Positions 1 through 14,793 of a stretch of DNA of 64,000 nt are shown here, one piece after another (the first letter of the stretch is position 1; the number at the start of each line of letters is the position of its first letter). The notes under the pieces were generated by a model, which was not told the DNA's origin, made no database searches, and saw only the letters and a list, made by a program, of their open reading frames with translations. A program made the translations under genes and the position numbers. Source of the DNA: Schmidtea polychroa (Eukaryota); NCBI GenBank assembly GCA_044892525.1, contig CM097885.1:17858001-17922000 (forward strand). Direction: 5' to 3'.

Positions 1-47
1 AATCATTTCGATATGTGGAGTCAATTCTGCTTCGATTTCCTCTATAA

Positions 48-401
<354 letters not shown>

Positions 402-2170
402 CCAAAGATGAAATACTTACAAATAAAACCGATGAAACCAAGATAATTAAAAAAATTTAAAAATTTACGTTTTAGAGGTAAGTCTATAAATTAATAATAC
501 CAAACCAGAAAAGGATTGAGAGAAATATTATTCACGAAAACCAGAAACAAAATTCAAGAAACGAGATCACTGGCGAAAAGTTGTTAGAATAAAAGAAATG
601 GAAGCAATAAAACAGAATCTGTTAAAGTAATCAGTCAACGAACATATTCCAGTGTGACTTAGAAAGGACATTGAACCAGAAGACCAAAATAAAAAGAGAT
701 TAAGTCGAATTCATAGGTGGTATTGATACAATGTCAAAGTTTGGAGTAAAGGTAATGAAGATCAATACTATAGAAACTTCATTTACAAATAAAATCCTCA
801 CTGAGGAAGAAAGAATAAACAAAACACTGATGGCGATGACGGATAAAAAGAATTAAGACATTGAAGGAATGGTGCGGAATGTCAGGAGGGCCAATAGTGC
901 AACTCCCGCGCGCCAACCAATGCATATGGAGAAAAGAATTGTAGAGCTGAAATAAGAATTAATAAAAGATAACGTATTTCGATGCTGTAAGGATCCTTGG
1001 AATGCCCCATTAGTGATAGTAGAGAAGAAAGATAGATTCAATAAAATGTGTGTAGATTATCTTGGATTGGATGCCGAAATGGAAAATGAATCGTTTGTGA
1101 TGCCTAATACCAAATTTTTACTGGACTGTCTTGAGGACGCTAGAATATTTTCGTCAACCGATTTAGGTCAGGTGTATTACCAAGTAGAACTAGCTCCAAA
1201 TATTCAAGGATTATATTTGATACAAGGACTACATAACTACCGTTTGGTCTGGCGACTGACCCTGTGGCGTTTCAGAGACTGATGTACACATCACTAGAAG
1301 GAATGTTATTTAAAGGAGTAGTAGTTTATCTAGATGATATTTTGATTGATGTTAAAATTAAAAAATAGCACAATGAGCTACAAGGATAATATTTAAAAGA
1401 ATTCAAATAGCAGGGTTGGTGATAAATCCAGATAAATACGAATTCAATAAAACAGAATATGGTTTTCTTGGAAACAAAATTAACGAGTTAATGGAGAGGG
1501 TATTCAGGCAAACAGAAAGAAAGTTAAAGAAATCGAGATAGCGGAAGGATCAAAATGTTCAAAACAGTTAATGTTAATTCTCGGGTTAACGAACGATTAC
1601 CGAAGATTCGTGAAAGATTATATCAGAATCACAGACCCGTTATATGCTGCTCTCTCTGGATGCTATAAAGTTGTAGTTTGAACTAACGAATTTGTGCGAG
1701 GCACCTATTTTCGACTATCCAAGAGAAAGTAGAGCATTTATTTAGACGCATATACTAGTTTAGAAGATATTGTAGCGGTTTTGATTCAAATTAAAGACGG
1801 AGACAAATTTTTTATAGATTATATTTCGAGACATATGACAGCACATGAAAAGGTTTACTGTGTAACCAGAAAAGAACTTCTCACTGTGCATGAATATGTC
1901 AAGCATTTTAAAGAATATTTTTACTGGAAAAGGTTCATAAGTCACACCGTTTGAATACTACAAAGACACCAATCAGCCCACAATTTCAAACATGACTAGC
2001 TAACTTGGATGAATATGATTTTGAGCTGAAATACCGAAAAGGAAGAGAACACACGAATGAAGATGAGCTATCAAGATTGAAAGTTATGATTTGCACTTGG
2101 TGTCAAACAAGAGATGAAGAAATCAAGGAAGGAAAATCAAAGATAAGATAAGGTATACACTATTCAAAGA
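402..2170 (+). mobile_element. Degenerate Ty3/Gypsy pol relic (RT and RNase H)
   Basis: Translatable motifs WNAPLVIVEKKD, MCVDY, F-MPN, STDLGQVYYQV, VYLDDILI (about 1323-1346) and YCV/TRKELL-like RNase H (about 1855-1880), broken by many stops and frameshifts. No LTRs recognised; boundaries approximate. Confidence 0.85.
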
Positions 2171-2373
2171 ACATATGATATATATAATAACCATTTTTGT
2201 TTGACTAAATAAAACGTTTGTATAAATGTCTCAACATATTTCCTCCCATTCCACTGTAACTGGAGTTTAAATGAAAGCTAAATGTTTAGATATTTATTCC
2301 AATATTTGTGCCATATTAATGTAAATTTTCAAAGAATAATTTTCTAGTTACAAGGTAAAATGCTTAAAATTAC

Positions 2374-3148
2374 CTTTAGACAAAACTTGGGAAGCAATTT
2401 TTGGAGGTCTGCCTCTTTTACGCATCATTCTAGATCCGAACTGAGTTGATGATCGCTGTCCAGCAAGACATCCAGGACCTACAGATGACAAGTCACCATT
2501 TAAAGGTCTAGATATATCTGATGAATGATCACTGCTTTCTTCGTCGGTTATTATGATATTGTTTAGGTGTGAATCAATGAAAGAGGCTGACATCATTTCA
2601 TAATTGTGGGGGTGATCATAATAATCTCCATTATCAAATTTATCATCCATATGACAAACGAATTGATTGTTGTAATGTTCTGAATTAGTATCACTGTAAT
2701 CACTTTCGTCGACGTGAGCAATACCGGTGCCATTAGTCGACACTGGCTGGCACATTTTCCGCTTTCTGGAACCCATAGATGTGCAATTGTTGGTATCTGC
2801 ACATTCGTTCATTGTCAGTTCATCTTTCATTAGCTCTAATGGGTCTTCCGGTTCTCGAGGTTCTTCAGGCATAACAATTAGTGTCCCATCAGACATTTTC
2901 ATATCATTATTTTCAGAAACAACTAGGCGAGGCTGAGTTGTGGTTAGAATATTGAGAATAGAATTGAGAGCTGGTTTCAGAAGTTTACTGGATCCGGTGA
3001 ATACATTGTGTTCACTTGAGTAATGATGAGGAAGATCGCTGCCTTGATACGAACAGAATAAACATTGAGCTTCATTATAATTCTCAGCTTTATTTTCTGG
3101 AGGCTTTTTTCCTGTAAACCTTTGCACTCCGAGACATGATATTGGAGT
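2374..3148 (-). CDS. Internal exon of a C2H2 zinc-finger / AT-hook protein gene
   Basis: Open frame with CLFC-x8-H-x4-H-type finger (CLFCSYQGSDLPHHYSSEH) and AT-hook RKRGRPPK. Acceptor ccag|ACT at 3149/3148 (phase 0) and donor AAG|gtaat at 2374/2373. The gene continues leftwards. Confidence 0.8.
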
Positions 3149-3744
3149 CTGGATTTTGGAAAATGTTAAAATAATAATGAAAATAAAAAATATTATAAAT
3201 TATTAATGTTTGTAGCATTCATCTTTAAATGTTTTTTATCATACATAGCATACGATTATATCTGAAACGTATTTTTTTTCTTAAGTTTTCTCATAATGAT
3301 TTTAGTTTGCATCTCAATTGTTATACACAGTGTTGCCTTTTATTTATTGCCATTTGCATTTCAAATAACATTTAATTTTTTTCTCTAATGTTTGTGCATG
3401 TGGTTGAAACACAGCCCTGATAAAGGGAAAGCCGCAAATTGGTGTTAATTATAATATAATGTATCTTTTATCAAAATGAAAATTATTGAAATATCATTAA
3501 AAATTAGATTAAAAGTGACCAAAAGAACTTATTGAGGATTTTGATATAAATTTGTGTGTGAGGAAGGGGTAGATTAATTTTTGTCTATATATAGTCACTT
3601 AAAAATAGTGACTCGATTTGCGTTGCATTTTATTTGAATAATTAATCTTTAAAAATCCTTTAAGTAAGAAAACAGAATTCCAAATTGAAACTAATCACCA
3701 TATTCTTTAATTTGTTAGATAAGACCATAATAGTTAAACAACTA

Positions 3745-3882
<138 letters not shown>

Positions 3883-4204
3883 TGTTAGACGCAATTAAAT
3901 TCCAGTCTTCTTCAAGCATTTATTTTTATAACAACTTCAAAATTGTGCCGTTTACTAGAATATTTAAACACCGAGGCGTGATAATTATTAATATTCATGT
4001 AATTACTGGTCATACATTTAATTGATTTAATTTAATATAATTTAATATAATATGATTTAATTTAATATAATTTAATATAATATGATATAATTTAATATAG
4101 AATTTAAATATAAATATTTAACACAAATAATTATTTCTACTAACTGATCTCACTTCTACATTTAACCATAATAATTTTATATACAGATTTACTAACTCCT
4201 TACA
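3883..4204 (-). repeat. 3' LTR (322 bp)
   Basis: tgttagacgc...ctccttaca matches 8632-8913, plus about 40 bp of extra AATTT/AATAT mini-repeats. PPT (minus strand AAAGAAGGGGGA) adjacent at about 4205-4216. Confidence 0.95.
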
Positions 4205-7200
4205 TCCCCCTTCTTTAAAATGCTTTAACTTTTCTATATTCCTCGTTATTTTTCTCCCGTTTTCGTCTGTTAATAAGTAACTTCTTTCATGATTTCGTTT
4301 TATTACTGTGTATGGTCCTTCATATCTCTCGTGATCTTTGTTTCTAATTTCTTGTTTCACAAATACTTTGTCACCCACTTCTAAGTTCCTAGTTGTGCCA
4401 ATTTCTTTCGTTTGCTGTCTTTTAGCCTCTAATTTCCGCATGATTTCATTTCTATCCACTTCATTATTACTATGCCATTGCGATCTATTAATCTTTCTTC
4501 CAAATATAATTTCTGCTGGACTCACTCCAGTGGTTTTTGAGCTGTCGCATTTAAAACGTATTCTATATCAGGTATTAATTCTGCCCAGGTTTTTTTAACT
4601 CCTTCTCTGAGTGACGCGTTAATATAGTCTCTTATTGTACGAAATTGCCTTTCAATTACACCATTAGTATTATGATGATACGGACTCGAAAATATCAACT
4701 CAATTCCTGCTGCCTTTGCTAGTTCTTTAATGCTATTTGCTTCGAAATTCTTTCCACAATCAACATGTAGTTCCTTAGGGGCTCCAAATTTCAATATCCA
4801 ATTATTTAACAAAACTGCCTTTATTGTATTTTCATCTTGCTTTCTAATAGGAGTTAGAGATATGTATTTACTGTAATGATCGATTATTGCACAAATATAT
4901 TTTTCTCCTCTGAAGGTTTCTCTAAATGGACCGCAAATATCCATGTATATTTTCTCCATAGGTTCTGAAGCTTGAATTACTTGGGTTTTTTCTTTTGACC
5001 TTGTAGTTAAAACTTTGTTTTTCTGGCATGCTTCACATATTGAAATAGTCTCTTTTACTTCATTTAGCAAATCTTCCATATCAAAATTGTTCCTAATATA
5101 TTTCATTACTTTTCTACTCCTGCGTGGCATAATAATAAATGTGTTTCCTTAATCATTTCTCGTCTTTTTGTTTCTGGTATCCATATTTTGTTTTGATTGG
5201 TTTAGATAATATTTTCTTTTAATATATATTTATTATTTTTCCTTTCATTTATTTGATCTTTTATTTCTTGTATTTCTGCATTATCTCTTTGCCATTCATT
5301 TCCATTATTTTCGGTCATCAATGTTAACAATCTAGTTTTTAATCGCCCTGATTTGGGGTTATCATGTTCCATCAAACATTGTAAACATTTGCCGCATGTA
5401 TTTCTAAACAGCATATCTGCATTCGTATGCACCGTACCTTTTCTGAACTCCATTTTTATGTCTAAACTGCTCAAGTAATTTATCCACGTTTGGAACTGTG
5501 CTGTTATAGGCTTCTTTGTCGTTAACATAAAAGTTATTGCTTTATGATCAGTGCGCAAAACAAACCGTTTACCGTATAAATAATGGTTGAAATGGCGACA
5601 GAAATAATATATAGCCAAAAGCTCTTTTCGTGTTATACAATATCCTCTTTCGTGGCTACTCATTGCATGGGATCCATATGCAATAACGTGTTCATGCCCC
5701 ATTTCATCTCTTTGTGATAATACAGCTCCAATTGTATCAAAGCTTGCGTCTGTATCTAATATGAATTCTTTCTTGAAATCTGGAAATACGAGAATTGGCG
5801 CTGTAGTCAACGCCATTTTCATTTCTTCGAAAGCTTTCTCACATTCCTCAGTCCAGATTATTTTTTCACTATTGCTTCAACATATGCTTTCTAGAGCTCT
5901 TGATTTTGTTGCATATTCCTTAATAAATCTCCGATAATAGTTACATATACCTAAAAAGCTTCTCAAATTCTTTATACACTTAGGCCTCTGAAATGATTTA
6001 ATAGCCTCAATTTTACTTTGATCTGTCCGAATCCCCTGACTGTTAATAATGTGCCCTAAAAACTTTACTTCGCTCTTTAATAACTGACATTTTTCTGGGT
6101 TGATTCTCAATTTAGTTTCCCGTATTTTCTCTAGAACTTTTCCAAACACATTGTAATGTTCTTCAATTGTTCTTGTAAAAATTAAAATATCGTCCAAATA
6201 CACCATAACTCCTTCTTTCCATAGATCTTTCAATATTTTTGTCATTAATTCTTGGAATGTACCCGGTGCCGCCGCAATGCCAAAAGGCATTCTATTAAAA
6301 CAAAATTACCCTTCTTTAGTAGAAAATGCTGTCTTTTCTTGCGATTCTATGTCCAATTTCACTTGATAATAAGCGTTTCCGAGGTCTATAGAACTAAAGT
6401 ACTTAGATCCATGTAATGTATCTAGAATTTCTTCTACATTCGGCATAGGAAAAGCTTGTCTTTCAGTAATCTTATTAAGCTGTCTAAAATCTAAACAAAG
6501 TCTGATATCTTTTTTGTCTTTTTTCCACACGCATACTAACGGCGTATTCCAAGGTGAATTACATCTTCTTATGATATCATTATTTTCTAAATTTTTTATG
6601 GCAGCATTTATTTTTTCCTCTAAATTGATATGTTGTCTTCTGGGTTTTATCATAATTGGCCCTTCTTTTGTGATGATTTTATGTGCAATTAAATCAGTAC
6701 ATCCGATATCCCAGTTATTAGCCATAAAAACACTTTTATTGTTTTTAACAATCTCTAACAGTCTTTTATTTTCGTTTAATCTTAGAATTTCTATTGCTTT
6801 TTGACATCTCTCGTTATCTGTAATCTTTTCCCCAAATCTAGCTTCTATTTCACACACAAATTCATTATATCCTTCTTCATTTTGCTTGATGTAGTTTAAT
6901 TCAATTCCAAACTCTTTCTGCAATTCCACTCCGCCTATTATATCTGGAACAATATTTTTAACTATTATAAATGTTATTTTCCTTTCCATATTACCAATTC
7001 TAACATCAATATATATTTTTCCGATTGTCTCTAATTTACTATCATTTGCACATCTTAACATCTCATCTGTTTTTATGATTTTCACATTCACTAATTTGTC
7101 CACAACTGCTTCTGCCATTACATTTACTCTTGCTCCTGTATCTAGTAAGCATTCCATTCTATAGCCCTGAATTTCAAGAGTTGTACTCGGTCTACCTTGC

Positions 7201-7655
7201 ATTTTGTTATAACTCAATTTCGGTCGTTTCCATTCATCTTTAGTGAAAATATTTTGCTCCTCTGATATTTCATTAATCCACCCAATTTCCTTTCTCTCTA
7301 ATTTATCTTCAACCTTTTTAATAAATTTATAAACTTTTTCATTTACTATTTTATTATTATATTCTGCTTCTTTAATTTCCTTATACTCTTCTTGATTCTT
7401 AGGATTATTATTATTATTATTTATTAAAGATCGATCAGCATTAAAATAACTATAACATTTAAAATTATTTAAAGGAAACTTTTTAAAATTACAAATTTTA
7501 TTACATAAAGGTTCTACATTATTATATATATAAGGATTATTTACATTATTAAAATTATTATGACCAATATTTACATCAATATCAAAATTACCTAGTATAT
7601 TGCTCCGATCATTGCCTCCCGTGTCGAAGCATGTACTTTTGGGTGCTGAATATCC
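4118..7655 (-). pseudogene. pol: Gypsy pol (aspartic protease, RT, RNase H, integrase), disrupted
   Basis: LLDTGA protease, YLDD RT, LDTDAS RNase H, H-x4-H...CEAC zinc finger, DDE integrase, GPY motif. In-frame stops at 6306, 5877 and 5202, and frameshifts near 5113 and 4535. The frame is open upstream to 7655. Confidence 0.93.
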
Positions 7656-8631
7656 TCATATTTGTCTTCTGCATCATCTGAATACTCAAGTGGCATCGTC
7701 TCATCATTAGCTTCAATTGCTGCAATTGTTCTTCCTGGATTGTTGATCTTTTGTTGATAGCTTGTGGTTCGATGGGCATAATAATTATTGTTTCTCATGT
7801 TTGAATTAGGTTGAAACTTCCTTCTTTCCAAATTTGTATAGCAGTCCATCTCCTTGTATCCAAGTAAGTGACATCTCTGGCATTGAATCGTTGAACATTC
7901 TCGTCGTACGTGGCCTTCAACTCCACATGCAAAACACGTCACTTTCTTTTTCATTTGGCACTCTCGACTAACTTGACCAGTTTTCTTGCATGTCCAGCAT
8001 TCCAATTGTCGGTTACTGACGTTTCGCTGCTTGAAATTATTATTTCCGTTTACCATTTCTCTTTGAGCAACATCTCTGTAGCTTCTGTAGTTTTGAACAA
8101 CCGGTGAAATCTTCACAACATTAATATGGCCCATAATTTTGTTTACCTTTTCTAATTTCTTTATTGTCGCTTTTATTTCTTCTGATGTTTTCAAATCTTT
8201 CATCTCGATTTCTTTTTTAACTTCTCGATCTCTTACACAGTTTGTAAGCAGGCATTTTTCTATTTCTTCTTCATCCCATTTGTGCGCTATTAATTTCTTT
8301 GTCATCTTTTTAATTTTCTCTATAAAAGTTTCGGCTGAATCTGATCCTTGTTCATAACTCAAAGCTTCTTTTAGATCATCCATTAATGATGTCGGTTTCG
8401 AAAATGCATATCGAAGTTTCTCTTCCATAGTTTTTCCTTCGGCTGCTTCATAATCTTCCATTAGCGATCTGTCAAGTAATGTTGTAGTTAATATTACTTG
8501 CATCCTAATTGTTGTTTTTGTCGCGCCAAAAAACCTTTGACAATCCTTGATAAAATTTTCTAAATCATCGCCTTTGTGACATTTCTCAGGTAATAGTCTG
8601 CTTATCAATAAATCCGTGGTCGTGGTCGCCA

Positions 8632-8632
<1 letters not shown>
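7592..8632 (-). CDS. gag: Gypsy gag
   Basis: Intact ORF starting MATTTTDLL with three zinc-knuckle-like motifs (CWTC, CFACGVEGHVRREC, CQRC). Confidence 0.9.
8617..8631 (-). promoter_or_regulatory. Primer binding site (TGGCGACCACGA), tRNA-Arg-like
   Basis: Immediately follows the 5' LTR CA; complementary to a tRNA 3' end ...CGUGGUCGCCA as in metazoan tRNA-Arg(UCG) (from memory, not searched). Confidence 0.75.
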
Positions 8633-9138
<506 letters not shown>

Positions 9139-10244
9139 TCATTAAATTTACATATCTCAAAATAATTCAGATGGACATTTGATATATTTATTTTATGCTA
9201 ATGATAATGAATATATTATATAATAATATAATAAGTATAATGTCTAATTTAGTTTATTAATGTTGTTAATAATTGATACTATCAATATGGTAGATTATGA
9301 AAATAGTCATAAAAATAATTATAAAGATAATCAAGGTATCAACGATTGAAACATAAAATATCAATAAAACAAAAATTTCAACTATATTGACAAAAGAAAT
9401 AAAATGTGAATAAAACAAAAGTAAACAATGCAATAATAAATTTCATTTCCAGAGTTTTCTTTCTAAAAATATTTCTCAACAGTGCAATCGATATATTTTA
9501 TTGTTGTTTAAATGATGTGGAATAAGATTTATTCGGTGGACATTTATTATTAATTATAATAATAATTATTATTATTATTATTCTTTTAAGATTTATAATT
9601 GATATCTGGTGTATATTAACTTTTGAATCCGTACTTTAATCTTTGTAATGAATAACATTAATGTGCACTGGTGGGAGGGAGGCTCCTAGTGACATTTATC
9701 AATCAAGAAAATAAATCAACAAATTTATTTTATAGCTTTTCCAATTTTACCATGGTTTCTTATAAAATAACTATTAATATTTCACTGAAGAAATAAAGAA
9801 TCTTGTTCAGAGCTAGAGAAAGAATGGAACGATTTGATAAAAAAATTTTTAAAAAATCAACAGCTATTTAATGTTTAGAAAGCACCGAGCACGGGTAAAA
9901 GAAATATCCCAGTTTTAAAGATTGACAAAAGTTTAAAATCAAATGGTGCACTTTGCTTTTATGTAAAAAGTGATGTTCCACAAAAAAAGAATAAATAAAC
10001 ACGAAGCGATAAACGCCGTAGCAACGTCTGGCTTTAGAACAGACAGAAGATGTTCTAGTTGATTTTATTTACGTGTTTAAATGAAATGCAAGGGTTATTA
10101 ATAACGGATTTTTTGTCTCTACCCCACATATTTGTGCCAAATATTGATAGCAAATAGCAAATAGAGAGTAGCGTATTATAGAAAGTTTTCAAAGTCAATA
10201 AATGACAAGCATTACACTAATTACAGAATGCAAAAAGTTTTAAC

Positions 10245-10765
10245 TTTTGTCCTTTGTCCAAAAAGATTTAATGCAAAGATGAAAACGTGTTCCATTAAAT
10301 AATGACTTAATATTATTGACAGACCAAAAAAGTTGAAATCTGAACAAAAATAAATGAAATATGCACCAAATTTAATTGAACTGAACTAATATTTTAGTTG
10401 AAGTGGTGTGTGTGTGTGCGTTGAGTACGACCAGTCCCCATGTGACCTGTACCCCTAGGGGGTCAAAATACTTTGTCGGATAAACTCAGGCTATATGTAA
10501 ATGTCTATATGACTATAATTTGAATTAATTTGATGCATAAAAAAATGATTTGTTTCATGATTTATTTATTTAATTGGTGCAATATTAATAAAAAATTGAT
10601 TCAAATTCAATTAAATGGTGCCTCATAAAATGGTAGCCTTAAATAATCAAGTTTTTTAAGGCTTTTTCGAATCCCGGAGTTCTAAAGATTATTTATAAAT
10701 AGCTTGATTCTTTGGTGGAACACATTTTTATCATTGCGTTAAACCTTATAGAACAAAGGACAAAA
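10245..10765. repeat. Imperfect inverted repeat pair (about 50 bp arms), likely DNA transposon relic
   Basis: 10245-10294 (ttttgtcctttgtc...gtgttcca) is the approximate reverse complement of 10716-10765 (tggaacac...acaaaggacaaaa). Confidence 0.55.
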
Positions 10766-13367
10766 GCGAAAATTTCTTTATTGTAAATTCAGTGTGTTAG
10801 GGGGCATTTATCAATTGTTCTCTGAATTATATTTTTTAAATAAAGATTTTCGCTTTCGTTGAATTCAATATTGCACTTAATTCAACTGTTATTTCGTCCC
10901 TTTGCGAGAGTTTACATGTAACAATAAATTTTCAATACCGTTGTCATTGCAAATACCAAATTTTAATATAATTGTCCTTGATCAATAGAAAAATGAAATT
11001 TTTAAGACTTGACCTTTTAGATAGGATAATTTTCTAAATTTTTCATTCTCAAGTTTACCTTTAGTTTAATTTCCATAAATTTATAAAAAATGTTATATAT
11101 TGTGATCTTGTAACGGGAATATTTCTCAACTCCCATATTCCAGTGAAAGGCGTGAACATGTCTGTCTGCCTAAACACAATCATTCATAGTGAAGGAAATT
11201 TCAGCATTTTTGACCCGTTAACATTGGAAATACGTATTTTTGCTTACGAAATCAATAGAAATTTACAATTATTTATTTTTTAAAAAAATACAAAAATATT
11301 CAATTAAAACAGTTGAGAAATAATAGTAGAGAAAATATTGAAGAAAAATTTTAAGAAATACTCTTGGTGATCTTTGTTTATGCGTTTTTAATAAATTATG
11401 TTGTAAAAGGCAGTGCCGAAAATTTGTGTTGATTTATAAGACAAATGAAGATAAATGAAAAAAATCAAAGATGAACAAAAAATGAATGATCGAAGTTTAA
11501 ATTTTCATTCAAAAGTTTCGGCCAAATCCAAAAATTCTGCACAAATCATATATAAATAATATATAAATAATTGTATAAGAATGCAAACAGCAGTGATGGT
11601 TAGGCTGACTTTTCAATTAGGCGGTTACTTCAATAGGAACCCCTACAATTTCAAGTTGCACAGATATAATTCAGATGAGGAGCTAATCATAGCAACGTCA
11701 AATAGTAAGTTTCTGACTTTACAATGAAAGTAAATCGCACAGTTGAAGTTCGTGAAGTAATAACTCAAAGCTTCCTCATACAATAAATGAAATGCTTCGA
11801 TCCGAGAGTAAACTTCTAGAGTCCATTACTTGTTGCAAAGAACTAAATGACATTTGCTAAATGTGCATATATATATATATATCACAGCAACTGTTAAAGT
11901 TGTTTTTTGAAAGCTGACAATCACTTTGATTTGATAGGGAGGGAGAATCAGTGCTAAATCGTTCGGTTTCATTTCTAATTGATTAATAACAGTTGAAAAG
12001 TCCAATTGAAATGTAGATTTGTAAATATTTATTGAATGTATTCTACTATCATAATAATTTATTTTAATTTTTCAAAAAAAAGATCAATAGAATGTATGAT
12101 ATTCACACAATGCACTAGTGGGTGTGTACTTCATCAATTTGATTATTATAATTATATATATTATTTATTTATTTATTTATAAATTTTTATAATCGATAAA
12201 CAAGGTGTGCGTAATATTTTATTAAGAAAATATCAAATCACAATCATCAATTTTGAGTGCCTAGTTCAGTAATTAACATTAAAAATATCAAAAAAAAAGT
12301 AGAGAAAACACAAGCAAATAACATTGTCAGCATCAGAAAATAGTGAATTAAAAAATAAATTATTTATTTTCAATCTCATTATATAATCTGATATTTTAAT
12401 TTACCATTCGTTGTTATGGTAACCGGATTTCGGGAGAAGTGAAATATAGTAGTGATTTTTGTACACATAATTATATCGCCATACACGTCTCTATTTATAT
12501 ATAAATAAATAAAACTAATTTTTTTTTAAATTCCAACTCATTAATTTCTAAAAAGGTACTCGTCTATGGAATATCTGGGTTTATATTCAACATAAAACAT
12601 CAGATTGGACGAATAAAAGTGAGCTGAATGATTGCGTGAGACCTAAATTGGGTCATTATAAAATATATAAATAAAAAAATTATATATATAGTCAGTTCCT
12701 AACAAATCTTAGAATTTGTATGCTTATTACACAAACAAAACGACGACACAACAACATTCGGCAAAAACACAAACACAGAAAGAAAATAAAGAATTTTAGA
12801 GTTGCTGCTGCTGCTGCTGCTTAATCACTCATTCTACAGATAAAAGTTGACAAAATCCGAAAATACACACAGTCACGGTGAGAATGTATGCTTACATTAA
12901 GCACACACACATTAATTAATGGTGCCACAAGAAAGTGCCGATAAATACACACACATACACGCACGCACATGGAGGCACACACGCATTTACAAGAGTTTAA
13001 GAAAGTGAGAGAAAAAATTTCAAACGTCAAAAAGTACAAAAAATTTAAATAAAAGTTAATTTTCCTTTTTCTTGAAATTTAATCATAATTATAAATATAA
13101 TTTTCCCGTTATACAAGCAAACAAAAATCTAATTTTTGCAGAATGTTGTGTTTAGATTTTTACCAGACAAAAAAAGTTAGGGCGCCTTTTTCTCTATCGT
13201 TACAGACAATGTACAATGCAGTAGAGTAAAAAAAAGAAAATAAAACCTCTATCAAAAATAAATAAGGTTGAATTTGTATGCGAACCCATATTAAATTTAT
13301 GTTGTATTTTTTCTTTCTTTATGATTATATTAAAACAAACTAATATTTTCTATTTTCCCAATTAAAA

Positions 13368-13371
<4 letters not shown>

Positions 13372-13452
<81 letters not shown>
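13372..13452. repeat. (TA)n microsatellite
   Basis: Pure TA run. Confidence 0.97.
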
Positions 13453-13459
<7 letters not shown>

Positions 13460-14344
13460 TAAATATTAATTAATTAGTTTTTTAACTAATGGGAACAAAG
13501 ATTTATCCAAAATATATTTATCCGATTTTGAAATGATATTGATATGGGATATAAATATTTGATAATTAATGATGTTATCAATGTTCAATTTGACACATAA
13601 ATTGATATAACTTTATTTCTTATCAATAAATCCGTAATCTATTAATTTCAATTATTTTCAACAACTGATTTATTGAAGGAAAACATCCTATATTTTAATC
13701 GGTTTTTTTCAATGTTTTTTTCTGTGTATTTTGATTCCCTCGAGACAATCTACATGATATGCCCTATAAGTAGTGAGACTCTTATAGTAGTAAATAAATA
13801 AAAGAAACCAAACTGTAAACATATATTTATCATAGGTAAATATACCACGATTTGTTTTAATCAGTTATTGCTTAATTAAGAAATTTCAGTACTTATTTTA
13901 AAATGTCCATAGAAAACATGAAATATTGCAGTGTCATTCGTTTTTTTCTTTATGAAAGACAAGAGTAGAGAATAAGTCAAAACAGAGTTGAGTACTGTTA
14001 ATGGTGGGGAGTACCAATCAAAAGCAACAACTTACCGCTAGTATAATTATTTCCAGAGTGGTGGAACCTCAGCTACTAATGAGGAAAGTTAGGAAGGCCT
14101 GAGAAAAAATGTTCAATCAAATAACTAACAATGCGCCTGAATGTGAGTAAAAGAACTACTTATATATGGAACCCAATTTGGAATAAGGGATTACTTGGTG
14201 AATATGTGAACATCGGTGTTTCTTACAGGATCGCCACCAGAATTTTATCATTGGTAAATTTTCTATAGATTTTTTACTACAATAATCTATATTAATTTTC
14301 CTCGATGATGTGCACATAAATATATAAATCTAATTAGAATATAA

Positions 14345-14793
14345 CAGTGTTGTCCAATCTTTTTTGAGCCACGGCACACTTGGCTGAATTAAAAATTTTC
14401 GCGGCACACCTAAATTTTTTTTGCTTTATTTGCAATTTTTTATTGCACTTTTACTAATCTTTTAATAAGAAATGAAAAACTTATTTACTTGAAATAAATT
14501 TGATGTAAAAAATTTTAAATTTAGAAAAATTAGTGAATGAAAAATAAACATAATTAAGCTGCTTACGTATTTTAGATAGTCAATATTTCTAGTAAGAAAT
14601 ATAAATATGATTGTAAACAAATAAATTTCACACTTAATTGACTGATTAACATTTAAATTTGAAATAACTGTTAAAATATCCACAATTCAATTTCCTTTTA
14701 TTAAGTTGTTTGGAAAACAGGGTTTGACTTTTTTTTAAAAATGTTCACGGCACACCTAGGCACCCGCCGCGGCACACAGTTTGGACAACACTG
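14345..14793. mobile_element. Non-autonomous hAT element (MITE)
   Basis: TIR CAGTGTTGTCCAA / TTGGACAACACTG, perfect 8 bp TSD GAATATAA, subterminal CGGCACAC repeats. Confidence 0.92.
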
